DNA of 64,000 nucleotides from an uncultured Anaerolineales bacterium (GTDB lineage Bacteria; Planctomycetota; Phycisphaerae; FEN-1346): NCBI GenBank assembly GCA_964577175.1, contig CAZNYC010000001.1, positions 14,851 to 78,850 of the forward strand, read 5' to 3'. Shown piece by piece: positions 29,503 to 38,477 of this stretch (position 1 is its first letter; each line of letters starts with the position of its first letter). The notes under the pieces were generated by a model. It saw only the letters and a program-made list of their open reading frames with translations, ran no database searches and was not told where the DNA came from. The position numbers and the translations under genes were made by a program.

Positions 29503-30795
29503 ATGAGACCGCGTCGCGACTGCCTCATCCTCTTCGGCCGGTACCCCGAAGCGGGGCGGGTCAAGACACGGCTCATCCCCGCACTCGGGCCGGCCGGTGC
29601 GGCAGACCTCCAGCGACGGCTCACCGAGCGGGCGCTGGCCGAGGTCCGGCGGGCGGCCCGCCAGGCCGGGACGTCGGTGGAGGTCCGTTATGCCGGCGGC
29701 AACCGACGGCGGATGCGGCGGTGGCTCGGCGACACCCTCTCCCTCGTACCGCAGGGACCGGGCGACCTGGGGCACCGCATGCGCCGGGCCCTGTTTGCCG
29801 CTCTCGCCGACGGCGCCGGCCGCGCCGTCCTCGTCGGGACGGACGTCCCCTGCGTGACCGCCGGCCACCTCACGCGGGCCCTCGACGTCCTCACGCAGCG
29901 CGACGTCGTATTCGGTCCGAGCACGGATGGCGGGTACTGGCTCATCGGCATGCGGCGGCCGACGGACGTCTTCCGCGGCATCGATTGGGGCACGCCGCGC
30001 GTGCTGGACCAGACCCTCCGGGCCGCGCGGGAGGGGGGGCGAAGCGTCGGCCGGGTCGAGCGGCTCGCGGACCTCGATACGCCGGACGACCTGGCGGCGA
30101 CGGTGCCGTCCGAGGTGCCCGGCCGGCCGTACCTGTCCGTCATCATCCCCGCGCTGAATGAATCCGCGCAGATCGCCGACGCGATTGCCACCGCGCGCGA
30201 CCCGGACGCCGAGGTCCTGGTCGCGGACGGCGGCAGCGCGGACGCCACGGCGGCCATCTCCCGCGAGGCGGGAGCGCGCGTTCTCGCGAGCCAGCCGGGC
30301 CGGGCCGTCCAGCAGAACCGGGGGGCCGGGGAGGCTCGCGGCCGCGTCCTCCTCTTCCTGCACGCCGACACCCGCCTGCCGTCGGCCTACGTCGGCCACG
30401 TGTTCGAGGCGCTGATGGACCGCGGCGTGGTCGGCGGGGCTTTCCGCTTCAAGACGGACCTCGATACGCGGTGGATGCGGGTTATCGAACGGCTGACGGA
30501 CTTGCGCTCCCGGCGTCTGCGGCTGCCGTACGGCGACCAGGGCCTGTTCGTGCGGCGGGAGGCATTCGAAACGCTCGGCGGTTTACCCCAAGTGCCGATT
30601 GCTGAGGACCTTCACTTCGCTCGGCGCCTGAACCGCCAAGGGCGGGTCGTGACGCTGGACCTACCCGTCGTGACCTCCGCGCGCCGGTGGCAAACGGCGG
30701 GCCCGCTGCGGACCACGCTGGTACATCAGGCCGTGGTCGCCGGCATCTACGCGGGCGTACCGATGGCGTGGCTGGCACGGCTCCGCGGGCGCTGA
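29503..30795 (+). CDS. Fusion of DUF2064 transferase (rSAM/selenodomain-associated transferase 1-like) and family-2 glycosyltransferase (transferase 2-like)
   Basis: N-terminal LILFGRYPEAGRVKTRL (DUF2064 signature) followed by a second domain LSVIIPALNE...VADGGSAD...LFLHADTRLP (GT2). 430 aa. Confidence 0.6.
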   Translation: MRPRRDCLILFGRYPEAGRVKTRLIPALGPAGAADLQRRLTERALAEVRRAARQAGTSVEVRYAGGNRRRMRRWLGDTLSLVPQGPGDLGHRMRRALFAALADGAGRAVLVGTDVPCVTAGHLTRALDVLTQRDVVFGPSTDGGYWLIGMRRPTDVFRGIDWGTPRVLDQTLRAAREGGRSVGRVERLADLDTPDDLAATVPSEVPGRPYLSVIIPALNESAQIADAIATARDPDAEVLVADGGSADATAAISREAGARVLASQPGRAVQQNRGAGEARGRVLLFLHADTRLPSAYVGHVFEALMDRGVVGGAFRFKTDLDTRWMRVIERLTDLRSRRLRLPYGDQGLFVRREAFETLGGLPQVPIAEDLHFARRLNRQGRVVTLDLPVVTSARRWQTAGPLRTTLVHQAVVAGIYAGVPMAWLARLRGR

Positions 30796-30925
30796 AGGCG
30801 CAGCGACACCAGCCCGGGGGAAGCGACACGCCATGGTCCGCCGAACGACGTTGGGGCGGCTGCCGGTCCTCGTGCTTGGCGCAGGGGCGGCTGTCGCGGC
30901 CGCGTGCGCGGCAGCAGGCGCACCC

Positions 30926-32098
30926 CTACCGGCCATCGGCCCGAGCCCGTACCCGCCCGCCGCCTGCCTTCTCGCCCTCGAGGAGCCACGCCAGGTTGAA
31001 TCGGGCCACGGTGCCGCCGCCGTTGGGTCCGCCCTCGAACTGGAGATAAATCCACCCTTCGCTCGGCGTTCCCGGGCGCCCGGCCGCCAGCGACGAGTAC
31101 GCGAAACCGCCCTCGAAGACCAGGCGTTTCAGCGGCCACGTCTTGCCGCCGTCGAAACTCGCCCACACCGTGCCGTGGTTGCGGCCGCCGGGGCTGTCGC
31201 AGTTGCTGTAGACCAGGATATCCCGGCCGCGGACCGGCAGGCGGACCAGCCCGCCCATGCAGCCGTAGTTGGAGTTCTGCGGCCCGTCGGGCAGGACCTC
31301 GCAGATGGCCAGGCCCTTCCAGGTCTCGCCGCCGTCGTCGCTGACGGCGGTCCAGCGGCGGCGCGGGTTGACGCCTTCCGGGGCCCAGTGGCGGCGTGAG
31401 TTGTAGTAGATGCGTCCGTCGGCGAGTTCCGCGACGGCGGCTTCGCCCGTCCCGAACGCCGGGAACGGCTCGCTGGTGTGCCACGTCGTGCCGCCGTCGT
31501 CGCTGTAGACGGCGGTGGTGTAATGCTTCGGCCATCGGTCCCGCGCGTTCTTGCCCGCGTACCAGCGTGCGGGACGGAGCAGCCGCCCCTTGTGCGTGCC
31601 GTGGCGAAGCGTGATGCCGTGCTCGTTCATGTGCATCGACGGCACGTTGCCCCGGCTGTCCGGCCGGATGGTCACCTCCATGGGCGACCACGTCTTGCCA
31701 CCGTCCTTGCTGCGGTAGACCGTCAGCGGGGCGGGCGGGTGGTGCTCCTCCACGAAGGCCAGGACCTCGCCGTTGGCTTCATTCACGGTGACCCCGCCGC
31801 CCATGAAGCCCTTGCCGACGGTAATCTCGGGTCCCCACGTCGTGCCGCCGTCCTCGCTGCGCCGCACCTTCACGCCGTTCCAGAATGCCAGGACCGTTCC
31901 GTCGAGCGCCGTGACGACGTTCGGGAACCGGCCGCCTTTGAAGACCTGATGCATCCGGAGACTCGGCCGACCGCGGAAGGGCTCGGCCGGGCCTTCGAGC
32001 CCCGTCTCTCCCGCCCCGGCGGCCGCATGCGCCGCACAGACCGTCGCCACGAGCGAGCAGGCAAGTCCGAGCGTGCCAAGATTCGATTGCCGTGTCAT
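30926..32098 (-). CDS. Exo-alpha-sialidase (GH33, BNR repeats), secreted
   Basis: Signal peptide. Five BNR Asp-box repeats: SEDGGTTW, SKDGGKTW, SDDGGTTW, SDDGGETW, SFDGGKTW. Confidence 0.8.
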   Translation of the reverse strand: MTRQSNLGTLGLACSLVATVCAAHAAAGAGETGLEGPAEPFRGRPSLRMHQVFKGGRFPNVVTALDGTVLAFWNGVKVRRSEDGGTTWGPEITVGKGFMGGGVTVNEANGEVLAFVEEHHPPAPLTVYRSKDGGKTWSPMEVTIRPDSRGNVPSMHMNEHGITLRHGTHKGRLLRPARWYAGKNARDRWPKHYTTAVYSDDGGTTWHTSEPFPAFGTGEAAVAELADGRIYYNSRRHWAPEGVNPRRRWTAVSDDGGETWKGLAICEVLPDGPQNSNYGCMGGLVRLPVRGRDILVYSNCDSPGGRNHGTVWASFDGGKTWPLKRLVFEGGFAYSSLAAGRPGTPSEGWIYLQFEGGPNGGGTVARFNLAWLLEGEKAGGGRVRARADGR

Positions 32099-32163
32099 GG
32101 CCGGCCTCCTCGGAAGGGCTTACGGGCGCGGGCGTTCGCCTCGGCGGGGCCCGCGCCGCCCGC

Positions 32164-34902
32164 TCATTCCTCCCGCAGCCAGACGGTGGCGCGGGGACGG
32201 CCGCCGTCGCGGCCGTCGGGCGGATCGCGATTGCATCGGGCGTAATACGGGATGGCCGTCAGGGGCGAGCCGTCCGCCCACGTGCCGCGGATGACCGTCA
32301 CGCCACCCAGCAGGTCGCCCCGCCATGCGGTCTTCAACGCGGACGCCGGCGGGAGGACCTTGTCCATCGCCTGGTCCACGTTCTCCACGTTGTAGATGAG
32401 CGGACCGTACCGGAGGGCCACCCGGCCGCGCGTCGCTTCGATCTTCTCGATGCCGCGGATCCGCTGGACCGTCATCGGGAGGACGAGGCCGATCGTATCG
32501 CCCGCCTTCCAGCGCCGCGCGATCACGGCGTATCCGTCTTCGATGGGCGGCGCGATCGCCTCGCCGTTGAGCGCGATCGACGCGATGCCGTCGCACGCCG
32601 GCGAAGCCGTATAGAGGTTGCTCACGCTGCGGTGCGGCACGCGGACGCGGATGCTGAACGTCTTCGGCGCCGCCGGGTTGACGGTGAGGGCCACCTTGCC
32701 GGCCCAGGGGTAGTCCGTAGCCTGCACCATCTCGACGTCCGTGCCGGCCACGTCGTGGACCGTCGCGGTGCTGCCGACGAAGAGGTTCACGTAGATTCCG
32801 TCGTCGCCCTTCACGTACGTCCAGGTGGGCAGCCTGAGCAGCGTCCGGGGAATGTTGCCGACGCAGCACGGACACACGTGCCACGGGTACCGGAAGCCGC
32901 GGGCGTCGAGGGGATTCTGGTAGTAGAAGTTCTTCCCCTCCAGGTCCACCGACCCCAGCAGGGCGTTGTAGAGCGTCTCTTCGTACAGGTCGGCATAGCG
33001 GGCGTCGCGACAGGTCCGGTTAAGGGCGTGCTGGAAGAAGATAGCGCCGCAGCTGGAACACGATTCGCAGTACGCGTTGTGCCGCAGCGAGTAGTTCGGG
33101 CCGAACCCCTCGGACGTCTCACCGCTGCCGACGCCGCCGGTCACGTAGTATTTCCGGTGGACGATGTTGTCCCAGAGCGAGGCGACGGCGCTGTGGTAAT
33201 CGAGGTCGCCGGTCTCCATGGCCACCTCGGCCATACCCGCGTAAGAGTAGACGGCGCGGACGGCGTGGCCGACCGCCTCGTACTGCCGGATCACCGGCAC
33301 GTGGCTCTGGTCGTACTCGTGGCCGCCCTGGCGGCAGTCGAGCAGGAACTTGGCCAGCCGGATGTACTTCTCGCCCCGGCCTTCGCCTTCCACCCGGTTC
33401 ACGAACCGGCCGAATTGGACGAGGGCCATCTCCATGGCCTGATGTCCGTTATGCCACGCCTGCTTCGGCGGCGGGCCGATGTGCTCGTCCCAGCAATCCG
33501 CCAGTTTCCGGGCCGCATCGTACAGCCGCGTGTCCGACCCGTTCGTCATCCGGTAGTGGGCAACGGCCGCATCGAGGAAGTAGCCCGCCACGTATCCCTC
33601 GTGCGCCCCGCGGTGCCGGGGCGACCACCGCTCGCGGTCGGTCAGCGTGAAGGCCGTCTGAAGATAGCCGTCGGGCTCCTGGGCGGCGAGGACCGTGGGG
33701 ATCCAGTCCTCCAGCGTCGCCCTCATGGCCTTCTGGGCCCTGAGGATCTCCGCGTCGCCCTGCGCGTCGACCTGGAGCGCCACGCAGATGGCCTCGATCG
33801 TGTTGTACACCCACGCGTTGGAGAACGCGTAGCCCCGGTGCTTGCCGTGCGGCTTGCCGGCGAGTTTGCGGGCGGCGTCGACGACGTTGTTGATGCCGCC
33901 GTGCTTCAGGTCCGGGTCGGAGATCTTCGCGATGCAGTGGGGAATCCAATGGACGATCAGCGCCTTCGCCCGGCTCTTCCAGAGAGGACTGGTGATCGTG
34001 TAGTCCCGGGTCACGATCGTCTCGAGCGTGTCCGCCGGCGGTGGCGGGACGACGTTTACCGTCAGGCTGTCTGACGCGCTCAATGCCCCCTGTCGGCCCG
34101 TCAGCCGGAGGACGTACTCGCCCGCCTCCGAGACCGTGGCCGCCGTCGTCGGAGACCCGGCGTCGGCGAACGTGACCTCGCCGGGGCCGGAGACCTTGTG
34201 CCACGTCACGGTCGCCTCGCCGCCCTTGTGGCCGAGGGTCTTCACGTCGCCGGACAGGTACGTCTTCCCCCCGCGCACGAGAACGCGGTCGACACCCGCC
34301 GACACGAGCGGCGGGAAGGCCGGCGAGTTACCCGAATCGTACACGCGCCACTCCAGGATCCCGGTCGAGTACTTCTCCTTGCCGTCGATTTCAAGGCGAA
34401 GGCGCCGCGTCCGGATCTCGTCGAACGTCGTCGTGTTGTACCGATTCGCCTCCACGCCCAGGCCCGCCGGGTTCTTCACGGGGACGAAGCGCTCGCCGTC
34501 CCAGTAGAGCAGCCGGCAGGCCTCCGGCAGACGGACGCCGCGGCGGTCGTCCCACCAGTAAACGTCGATCTTTCGCGTGTGGATGGGCCGGTCCCACGCG
34601 TACTGGACCCATTGGGTGCCCTTGCTGGGCCAGTTGCCGTACGACCCGCGGCCGCGCACGTGCGACGTATCCGGCGCGTGGCCGTCGTTCAGCGCCGCCA
34701 GCGACGTGTCGCCCGACACGTGCGAGGCGGCCGGTTGCGCCACGACGGCGAGATTCACGGCGTCGGAGTCGGCGGCCGTGCCGGCCTTCGCGGAGCCGGC
34801 CCCGGCGGCCATGCGCGGCCCGGCGAAAGCCGTCCAGAGGAGCGCCACGGCGAGAGGAGCGGCGTGCCGGGGCGCCAAACAGGCTGAAAGCGTCCGGTGC
34901 AT
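32164..34902 (-). CDS. Glycoside hydrolase family 127 (DUF1680, beta-L-arabinofuranosidase HypBA1-like) with N-terminal carbohydrate-binding/Ig-like extensions
   Basis: ATG at 34902 after GAAAGG. Signal peptide MHRTLSACLAPRHAAPLAVALLWTAFAG. DUF1680 core with the conserved Cys cluster YCESCSSCGAIFF...HVCPCCVGN. The listed 1343-aa ORF runs upstream into the sulfatase gene in another frame, which I take to be an artefact. Confidence 0.7.
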   Translation of the reverse strand: MHRTLSACLAPRHAAPLAVALLWTAFAGPRMAAGAGSAKAGTAADSDAVNLAVVAQPAASHVSGDTSLAALNDGHAPDTSHVRGRGSYGNWPSKGTQWVQYAWDRPIHTRKIDVYWWDDRRGVRLPEACRLLYWDGERFVPVKNPAGLGVEANRYNTTTFDEIRTRRLRLEIDGKEKYSTGILEWRVYDSGNSPAFPPLVSAGVDRVLVRGGKTYLSGDVKTLGHKGGEATVTWHKVSGPGEVTFADAGSPTTAATVSEAGEYVLRLTGRQGALSASDSLTVNVVPPPPADTLETIVTRDYTITSPLWKSRAKALIVHWIPHCIAKISDPDLKHGGINNVVDAARKLAGKPHGKHRGYAFSNAWVYNTIEAICVALQVDAQGDAEILRAQKAMRATLEDWIPTVLAAQEPDGYLQTAFTLTDRERWSPRHRGAHEGYVAGYFLDAAVAHYRMTNGSDTRLYDAARKLADCWDEHIGPPPKQAWHNGHQAMEMALVQFGRFVNRVEGEGRGEKYIRLAKFLLDCRQGGHEYDQSHVPVIRQYEAVGHAVRAVYSYAGMAEVAMETGDLDYHSAVASLWDNIVHRKYYVTGGVGSGETSEGFGPNYSLRHNAYCESCSSCGAIFFQHALNRTCRDARYADLYEETLYNALLGSVDLEGKNFYYQNPLDARGFRYPWHVCPCCVGNIPRTLLRLPTWTYVKGDDGIYVNLFVGSTATVHDVAGTDVEMVQATDYPWAGKVALTVNPAAPKTFSIRVRVPHRSVSNLYTASPACDGIASIALNGEAIAPPIEDGYAVIARRWKAGDTIGLVLPMTVQRIRGIEKIEATRGRVALRYGPLIYNVENVDQAMDKVLPPASALKTAWRGDLLGGVTVIRGTWADGSPLTAIPYYARCNRDPPDGRDGGRPRATVWLREE

Positions 34903-35102
34903 CGGACTGGCCTTTCGCGCAAACGGTTCGTGCCCGCCCGGGGTGTGGCGTGGGGCGTCGACGACGGCCGTCCTCGGCAAAGAACGTGCCGACGCCCCGG
35001 CCGCACCTTTCATACCACCCGGCCGAGGGCGTGTCAACGTCGGCCAAGAAGCGGTTGCCGACTCTCGCGTTCGCGGTCGCATCACAGGCGGGGCCCGCGC
35101 CG

Positions 35103-36659
35103 TCAACGCTTCTTGCGTTCCCAGTGGAACGTGTCGCCGTCGATCACGAGGCGCAGCGCGCGGCGGGACGTGGCCTGCGGCGCGAACCGCTTCGGGGCGG
35201 CGTCCCGCATCCGGCGCTTGACCTCGTCGTACGCCGGGTCGCCGGCGAGGTTCGTCCATTCGTGCGGGTCGTCGCGGACGTTGTACAGTTCCTCGCCCCC
35301 GTCGGCATAGTGGATGTACCGCCACTCGGCGTTCATGACGGCGTAACTGCCCCGCTCCATGTGCGGCAGGAGGACGGTGCGGTCGGCGGCCTTCGACGGA
35401 TCGCCCAGGACGGGCGCGAGGGACGTGCCCTCCAGGCCGTCCGGCCGCGGCAGGCCGCACAGGTCGACGAACGTGGCGTACATGTCGATGAGGCTGACGC
35501 TCGCGCCCACCGTCGCGTTTCGGGCAACGCCCTGCCCCGCCCACAGAAACGGCACGTGCGACGTGCGCTCCCACAACGTGTGTTTGCCCCACTGGCCCTT
35601 TTCGCCGTGGTGAAACCCGTGGTCGCTCCAGGCGACGATGACGGTGTTGTCCTTGTGGGGGCTCTTCTCCAGGGCGTCGAGGACGCGGCCGAGCATCGCG
35701 TCGCCGTAGGAGACGGCGGCCAGGTAGCCGCGGACGGCCTCGCGGACGGCCCCGAGTTCCTCCAGTTCCTTGTGGATGCGGCCGCGGTTCGTGAAGCGTT
35801 TGCGGACGTGGGCGGGCAAGTCGTCGAGGTCGTCCTCCTTGTACGGCGGCAGGTCGATCTTCTCCGGATCGTACAGGTCGAAATACTTCTGCGGCGCGTA
35901 GTTCGGAAAGTGCGGCGTGTAGAGGCCGAGGGCGAGGAAAAACGGCTGCTCGTGACGGCGGCGAAGCACCTCGCACGCCCAGTTCGTGCGAATCGTGTCG
36001 ACCATCTCCTCTTCGCGGTCGTCGGCGATGGGCCCCCACTCCAGGAACCCGCCCGGCGTCACCCGGCGGTCGGTCTTGCGGTACCAGGGACTGTAAGGGC
36101 ACGGGGCGGGCCGCGGCGCGTCGTCCATGAGGTAGCCGTTCATCTGCCAGCCCATGTCCTTGACCTCCCGGCTGCGGGTGAAGTACTCGTCCCACCCGCG
36201 GAGGTCGACGAAGCCGGGCATGTGGTGGTACAGTTTGCCCGCGCCGAAGGTGCGGTACCCGCCCCGCTTGAACGCCATCTGGAGGGTCACGAGGTCGGGG
36301 TGGTCGACGTGGAAGATGTCATGGCTGTAGCAGCCGGTCGTGAAGGCGTGCCGGCCGGTGAAGATCGCCGTCCGCGACGGCGCGCAGAAGACGCCGGGCG
36401 CGTGGGCGCGGGTGAACGTCACGCCCCTCTCGGCGAGGCGCAGCAGGTTCGGCGTCTTCGCCTGGTTGTAGCCGAGCGGTTGGACCCAGTCGCAGAGGTC
36501 GTCGAAGGCGAAGAAGATGACGTTGGGCGGCCGCCTGGCGACCGGTGCGCCGCCGGCTTCCGCCGTGACAGGCTGCGGGAGCGGGCGCAGGCCGCTCAGG
36601 CTGAGCAGGCCCGCGGCGCCGGTTTGCCGGAGGAAGTTGCGGCGAGTGGCATGCAGCAT
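35103..36659 (-). CDS. Arylsulfatase-family sulfatase (Tat signal)
   Basis: ATG at 36659 with AAGGA 8 nt upstream. Twin-arginine signal MLHATRRNFLRQTGAAGL. Sulfatase signature CAPSRTAIFTG (C-x-P-x-R, the formylglycine site). The ORF upstream of 36659 is Arg-rich and low-complexity. Confidence 0.8.
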   Translation of the reverse strand: MLHATRRNFLRQTGAAGLLSLSGLRPLPQPVTAEAGGAPVARRPPNVIFFAFDDLCDWVQPLGYNQAKTPNLLRLAERGVTFTRAHAPGVFCAPSRTAIFTGRHAFTTGCYSHDIFHVDHPDLVTLQMAFKRGGYRTFGAGKLYHHMPGFVDLRGWDEYFTRSREVKDMGWQMNGYLMDDAPRPAPCPYSPWYRKTDRRVTPGGFLEWGPIADDREEEMVDTIRTNWACEVLRRRHEQPFFLALGLYTPHFPNYAPQKYFDLYDPEKIDLPPYKEDDLDDLPAHVRKRFTNRGRIHKELEELGAVREAVRGYLAAVSYGDAMLGRVLDALEKSPHKDNTVIVAWSDHGFHHGEKGQWGKHTLWERTSHVPFLWAGQGVARNATVGASVSLIDMYATFVDLCGLPRPDGLEGTSLAPVLGDPSKAADRTVLLPHMERGSYAVMNAEWRYIHYADGGEELYNVRDDPHEWTNLAGDPAYDEVKRRMRDAAPKRFAPQATSRRALRLVIDGDTFHWERKKR

Positions 36660-36741
36660 GGAACGTCCTTTCCGTGCCTCGGGGTCGGGCTGCAGCATCG
36701 CTATCGGCCCTCCGAGCGCCCGAGCCGACCCCTGTTTTGCA

Positions 36742-36796
36742 GGCTCTCCTCCCAAAACCGTCGTGGGCGTGGCGCTTTCTCCTGCGCGGGGCCCCA
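36742..36796 (+). repeat. REP-like element X copy 1 (ggctctcctcccaaaac..ggcgtggcgctttctcctgcgcggggcccca)
   Basis: About 55 nt, nearly identical to 48354-48409. Contains the inverted segments cctccc/gggagg. Confidence 0.6.
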
Positions 36797-37345
36797 TTTC
36801 GCCGCCGGCCTTGGCCGGCGCGTTTTGTCGAACGGCAGGCAACAGGCGAACGGCAAACAGCGAACGGCAAAGCGGCGGCAGGCCGCCGCAATCCATAAAC
36901 GGCAACGCCAACGGCCACGGCGAGATTCCTCCGCTCGGCCTCGCTGCGCGAGGCCTCGGTCGGAATGACACCGTGCGGCCGAAGGCCGCCTTGGAGTGCG
37001 GTGCCCTGGCACCGCCTTGTGTCGTTCCGGCGACACACACCATATCTCCTCGTGCCTCGCGACCCGGGCGAGGCCGGTCACCCGGGGGGGCCTACCGCGC
37101 CGGCGGGTTCCGGTCAAGCCGAATTTTGGTGCGTGTCACCGGAACTCCACCGGAACTCCTGCCGGGACGAATATCGTAATCTGGTGCGCCCCAGGCGACG
37201 ACACCGAATAGACGGCTGGAAGGAATCGGCCCTCCCAACGACCGGCGGGCAAACCTCAAAACCGCTTCCCGCTTGACAGGGGCTCGCTCATAGATGGGTG
37301 TCCCGGGACTTCGCACCATACTGTCGGCCGAGGGACCGGCTGCTG

Positions 37346-37784
37346 TTACCGGATACGGCGTAACGCGGAAAGCAAAACCCAGAAAGTCAGCGGTGGCATC
37401 AGTGTCGCTGCAAAGATGAGGTTGAGCACCCCTCTGGCGGGAGGATACAGACCGTCTGATGTGGCCTCCGGCCATTCCACCGGAAACGGGACAAGGGTGC
37501 CGAGCGCCACCGCGGCTGCTGTGAGCACGAGCCACAGGACGAGCGGAACGTGTAGGTGCCACCTGCGATTCGGGCACTCGCCCGCCAAATGGCTTACGCC
37601 GAGCACCGTCACGAATGCCCCCGCTGTGGCCAGACCGGCGAAGAGCGCTTCTAGGAACGGCTCGGGCGCCTGATCGAGAAATGGCGCGGGGGGGAAGAAA
37701 CATCAGATACCCAAAGGTCCCGGCAGCCGCCAGCAGATAACGCAGCACGGGCCAGCAGGCCATCATGACGTGCTGAAGGGCCAT
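37346..37784 (-). pseudogene. Small multi-TM membrane protein interrupted by a frameshift at a G7/C7 homopolymer (possible phase-variable or sequencing-error site)
   Basis: ATG at 37784 has a strong RBS (AAGGAAGAGG). The N-terminus MALQHVMMACWPVLRYLLAAAGTFGYLMF is hydrophobic. After the C7 run (plus-strand G7 at 37688-37694) the current frame gives Arg-rich nonsense. Removing one C joins it to the hydrophobic ORF 37346..37612 (FLPPAPFLDQAPEPFLEALFAGLATAGAFVTVLGVSHLAGE...). Confidence 0.5.
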
Positions 37785-37796
37785 ACGCCTCTTCCT

Positions 37797-38180
37797 TCAA
37801 GAGTAACCGGCAGACGGGAAAATGAAGCACGCCGCAGCGGCGGCAGCATGGACCGCCAGGATAATCGCCACCACCATCGCCATACGCCGGAACGACGATG
37901 CAGATGCCCCCAACACCGCCCCGTAAAGAGGGAACTGCAAAAGGCCCACACCAAGAACCAGTATCGCAGACAGTCCGTACGGCTCACCTACTTCCCCGCT
38001 TAATCCGGGCAGGAGAATCATCGAATAGGGAAAAAACACCTTGGCCCACAGATAGTCGCCGTGGCCGCCGCCGGCGGATATGAACGCCAGCAACAGCGCG
38101 GGCAGTGTGAACAGCATTCCGACGCCCACGCCCATGACCACCCGCCAGATTGCCGACGTGCGCCTACGCGGCAGTGCCAT
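37797..38180 (-). CDS. Small hypothetical membrane protein (4 predicted TM)
   Basis: 127 aa, hydrophobic (GVGVGMLFTLPALLLAFISAGG..., AILVLGVGLLQFPLYGAVLG). ATG at 38180 is preceded by GGGAGACC. Confidence 0.45.
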   Translation of the reverse strand: MALPRRRTSAIWRVVMGVGVGMLFTLPALLLAFISAGGGHGDYLWAKVFFPYSMILLPGLSGEVGEPYGLSAILVLGVGLLQFPLYGAVLGASASSFRRMAMVVAIILAVHAAAAAACFIFPSAGYS

Positions 38181-38282
38181 CGTCTGGTCTCCCGTGAGTC
38201 GGTTTAGACAGCTAACCCCTCTGCGGGCATCAAGGACCGGTTTGTCACAGCACTCGGGCCCACCCGGTTTATCTGGACGTAA

Positions 38283-38477
38283 TTATTCTTTCTCGCCCTT
38301 CCTCGGCCTGCCCGGCGCCACAGGGACGAGTCGCCGGTCCAGGCGGCGCTCCGGCCGACGCAGGAAGGAGACCTCGCCCGGCGGCCGGCCCGGCCGGCCG
38401 TGACGCCGCAGCCGCTCAAGCATCGCCCCGTCTTCTTCCGCCCGCAGAAACGCCCGCCAGTCGGTCGCCTCCGCCAC
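38283..38477 (-). pseudogene. C-terminal remnant of an IS200/IS605-type Y1 (RAYT-like) transposase
   Basis: The 64-aa ORF MAEATDWRAFLRAEEDGAMLERLRRHGRPGRPPGEVSFLRRPERRLDRRLVPVAPGRPRKGEKE matches the conserved C-terminal tail (DWREFL...RKHERTGRPLG...FL..LE..LGR.L.P.KRGPKPK) of extended IS200-like/REP-associated tyrosine transposases. The catalytic N-terminal domain (HuH, Tyr) is absent, and there is only 130 nt to the nqrF stop. Confidence 0.5.

Noticed and set aside
28146-30161. 671-aa plus-strand ORF spanning the lipoprotein, transglutaminase and transferase genes
   Set aside because: An Arg-rich (RGRR...) alternative frame. The three in-frame genes each have RBS, signal peptides and domain motifs.
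32092-34074. 660-aa plus-strand ORF antisense to the GH127 gene; also 34950..36968 antisense to the sulfatase
   Set aside because: Low-complexity antisense frames. The ends of the latter merely read through REP-X.
35040-35075. Hairpin gtcggc...gccgac downstream of the sulfatase stop as a terminator
   Set aside because: Only 6-7 bp of stem, no U-run, and the GH127 gene follows 200 nt later in the same orientation. More likely read-through.
34903-36195. Upstream extension of the GH127 ORF to 1,343 aa
   Set aside because: The extension overlaps the sulfatase gene in another frame and is Arg/Pro-rich. A signal-peptide Met with an RBS at 34902 gives a sensible start.
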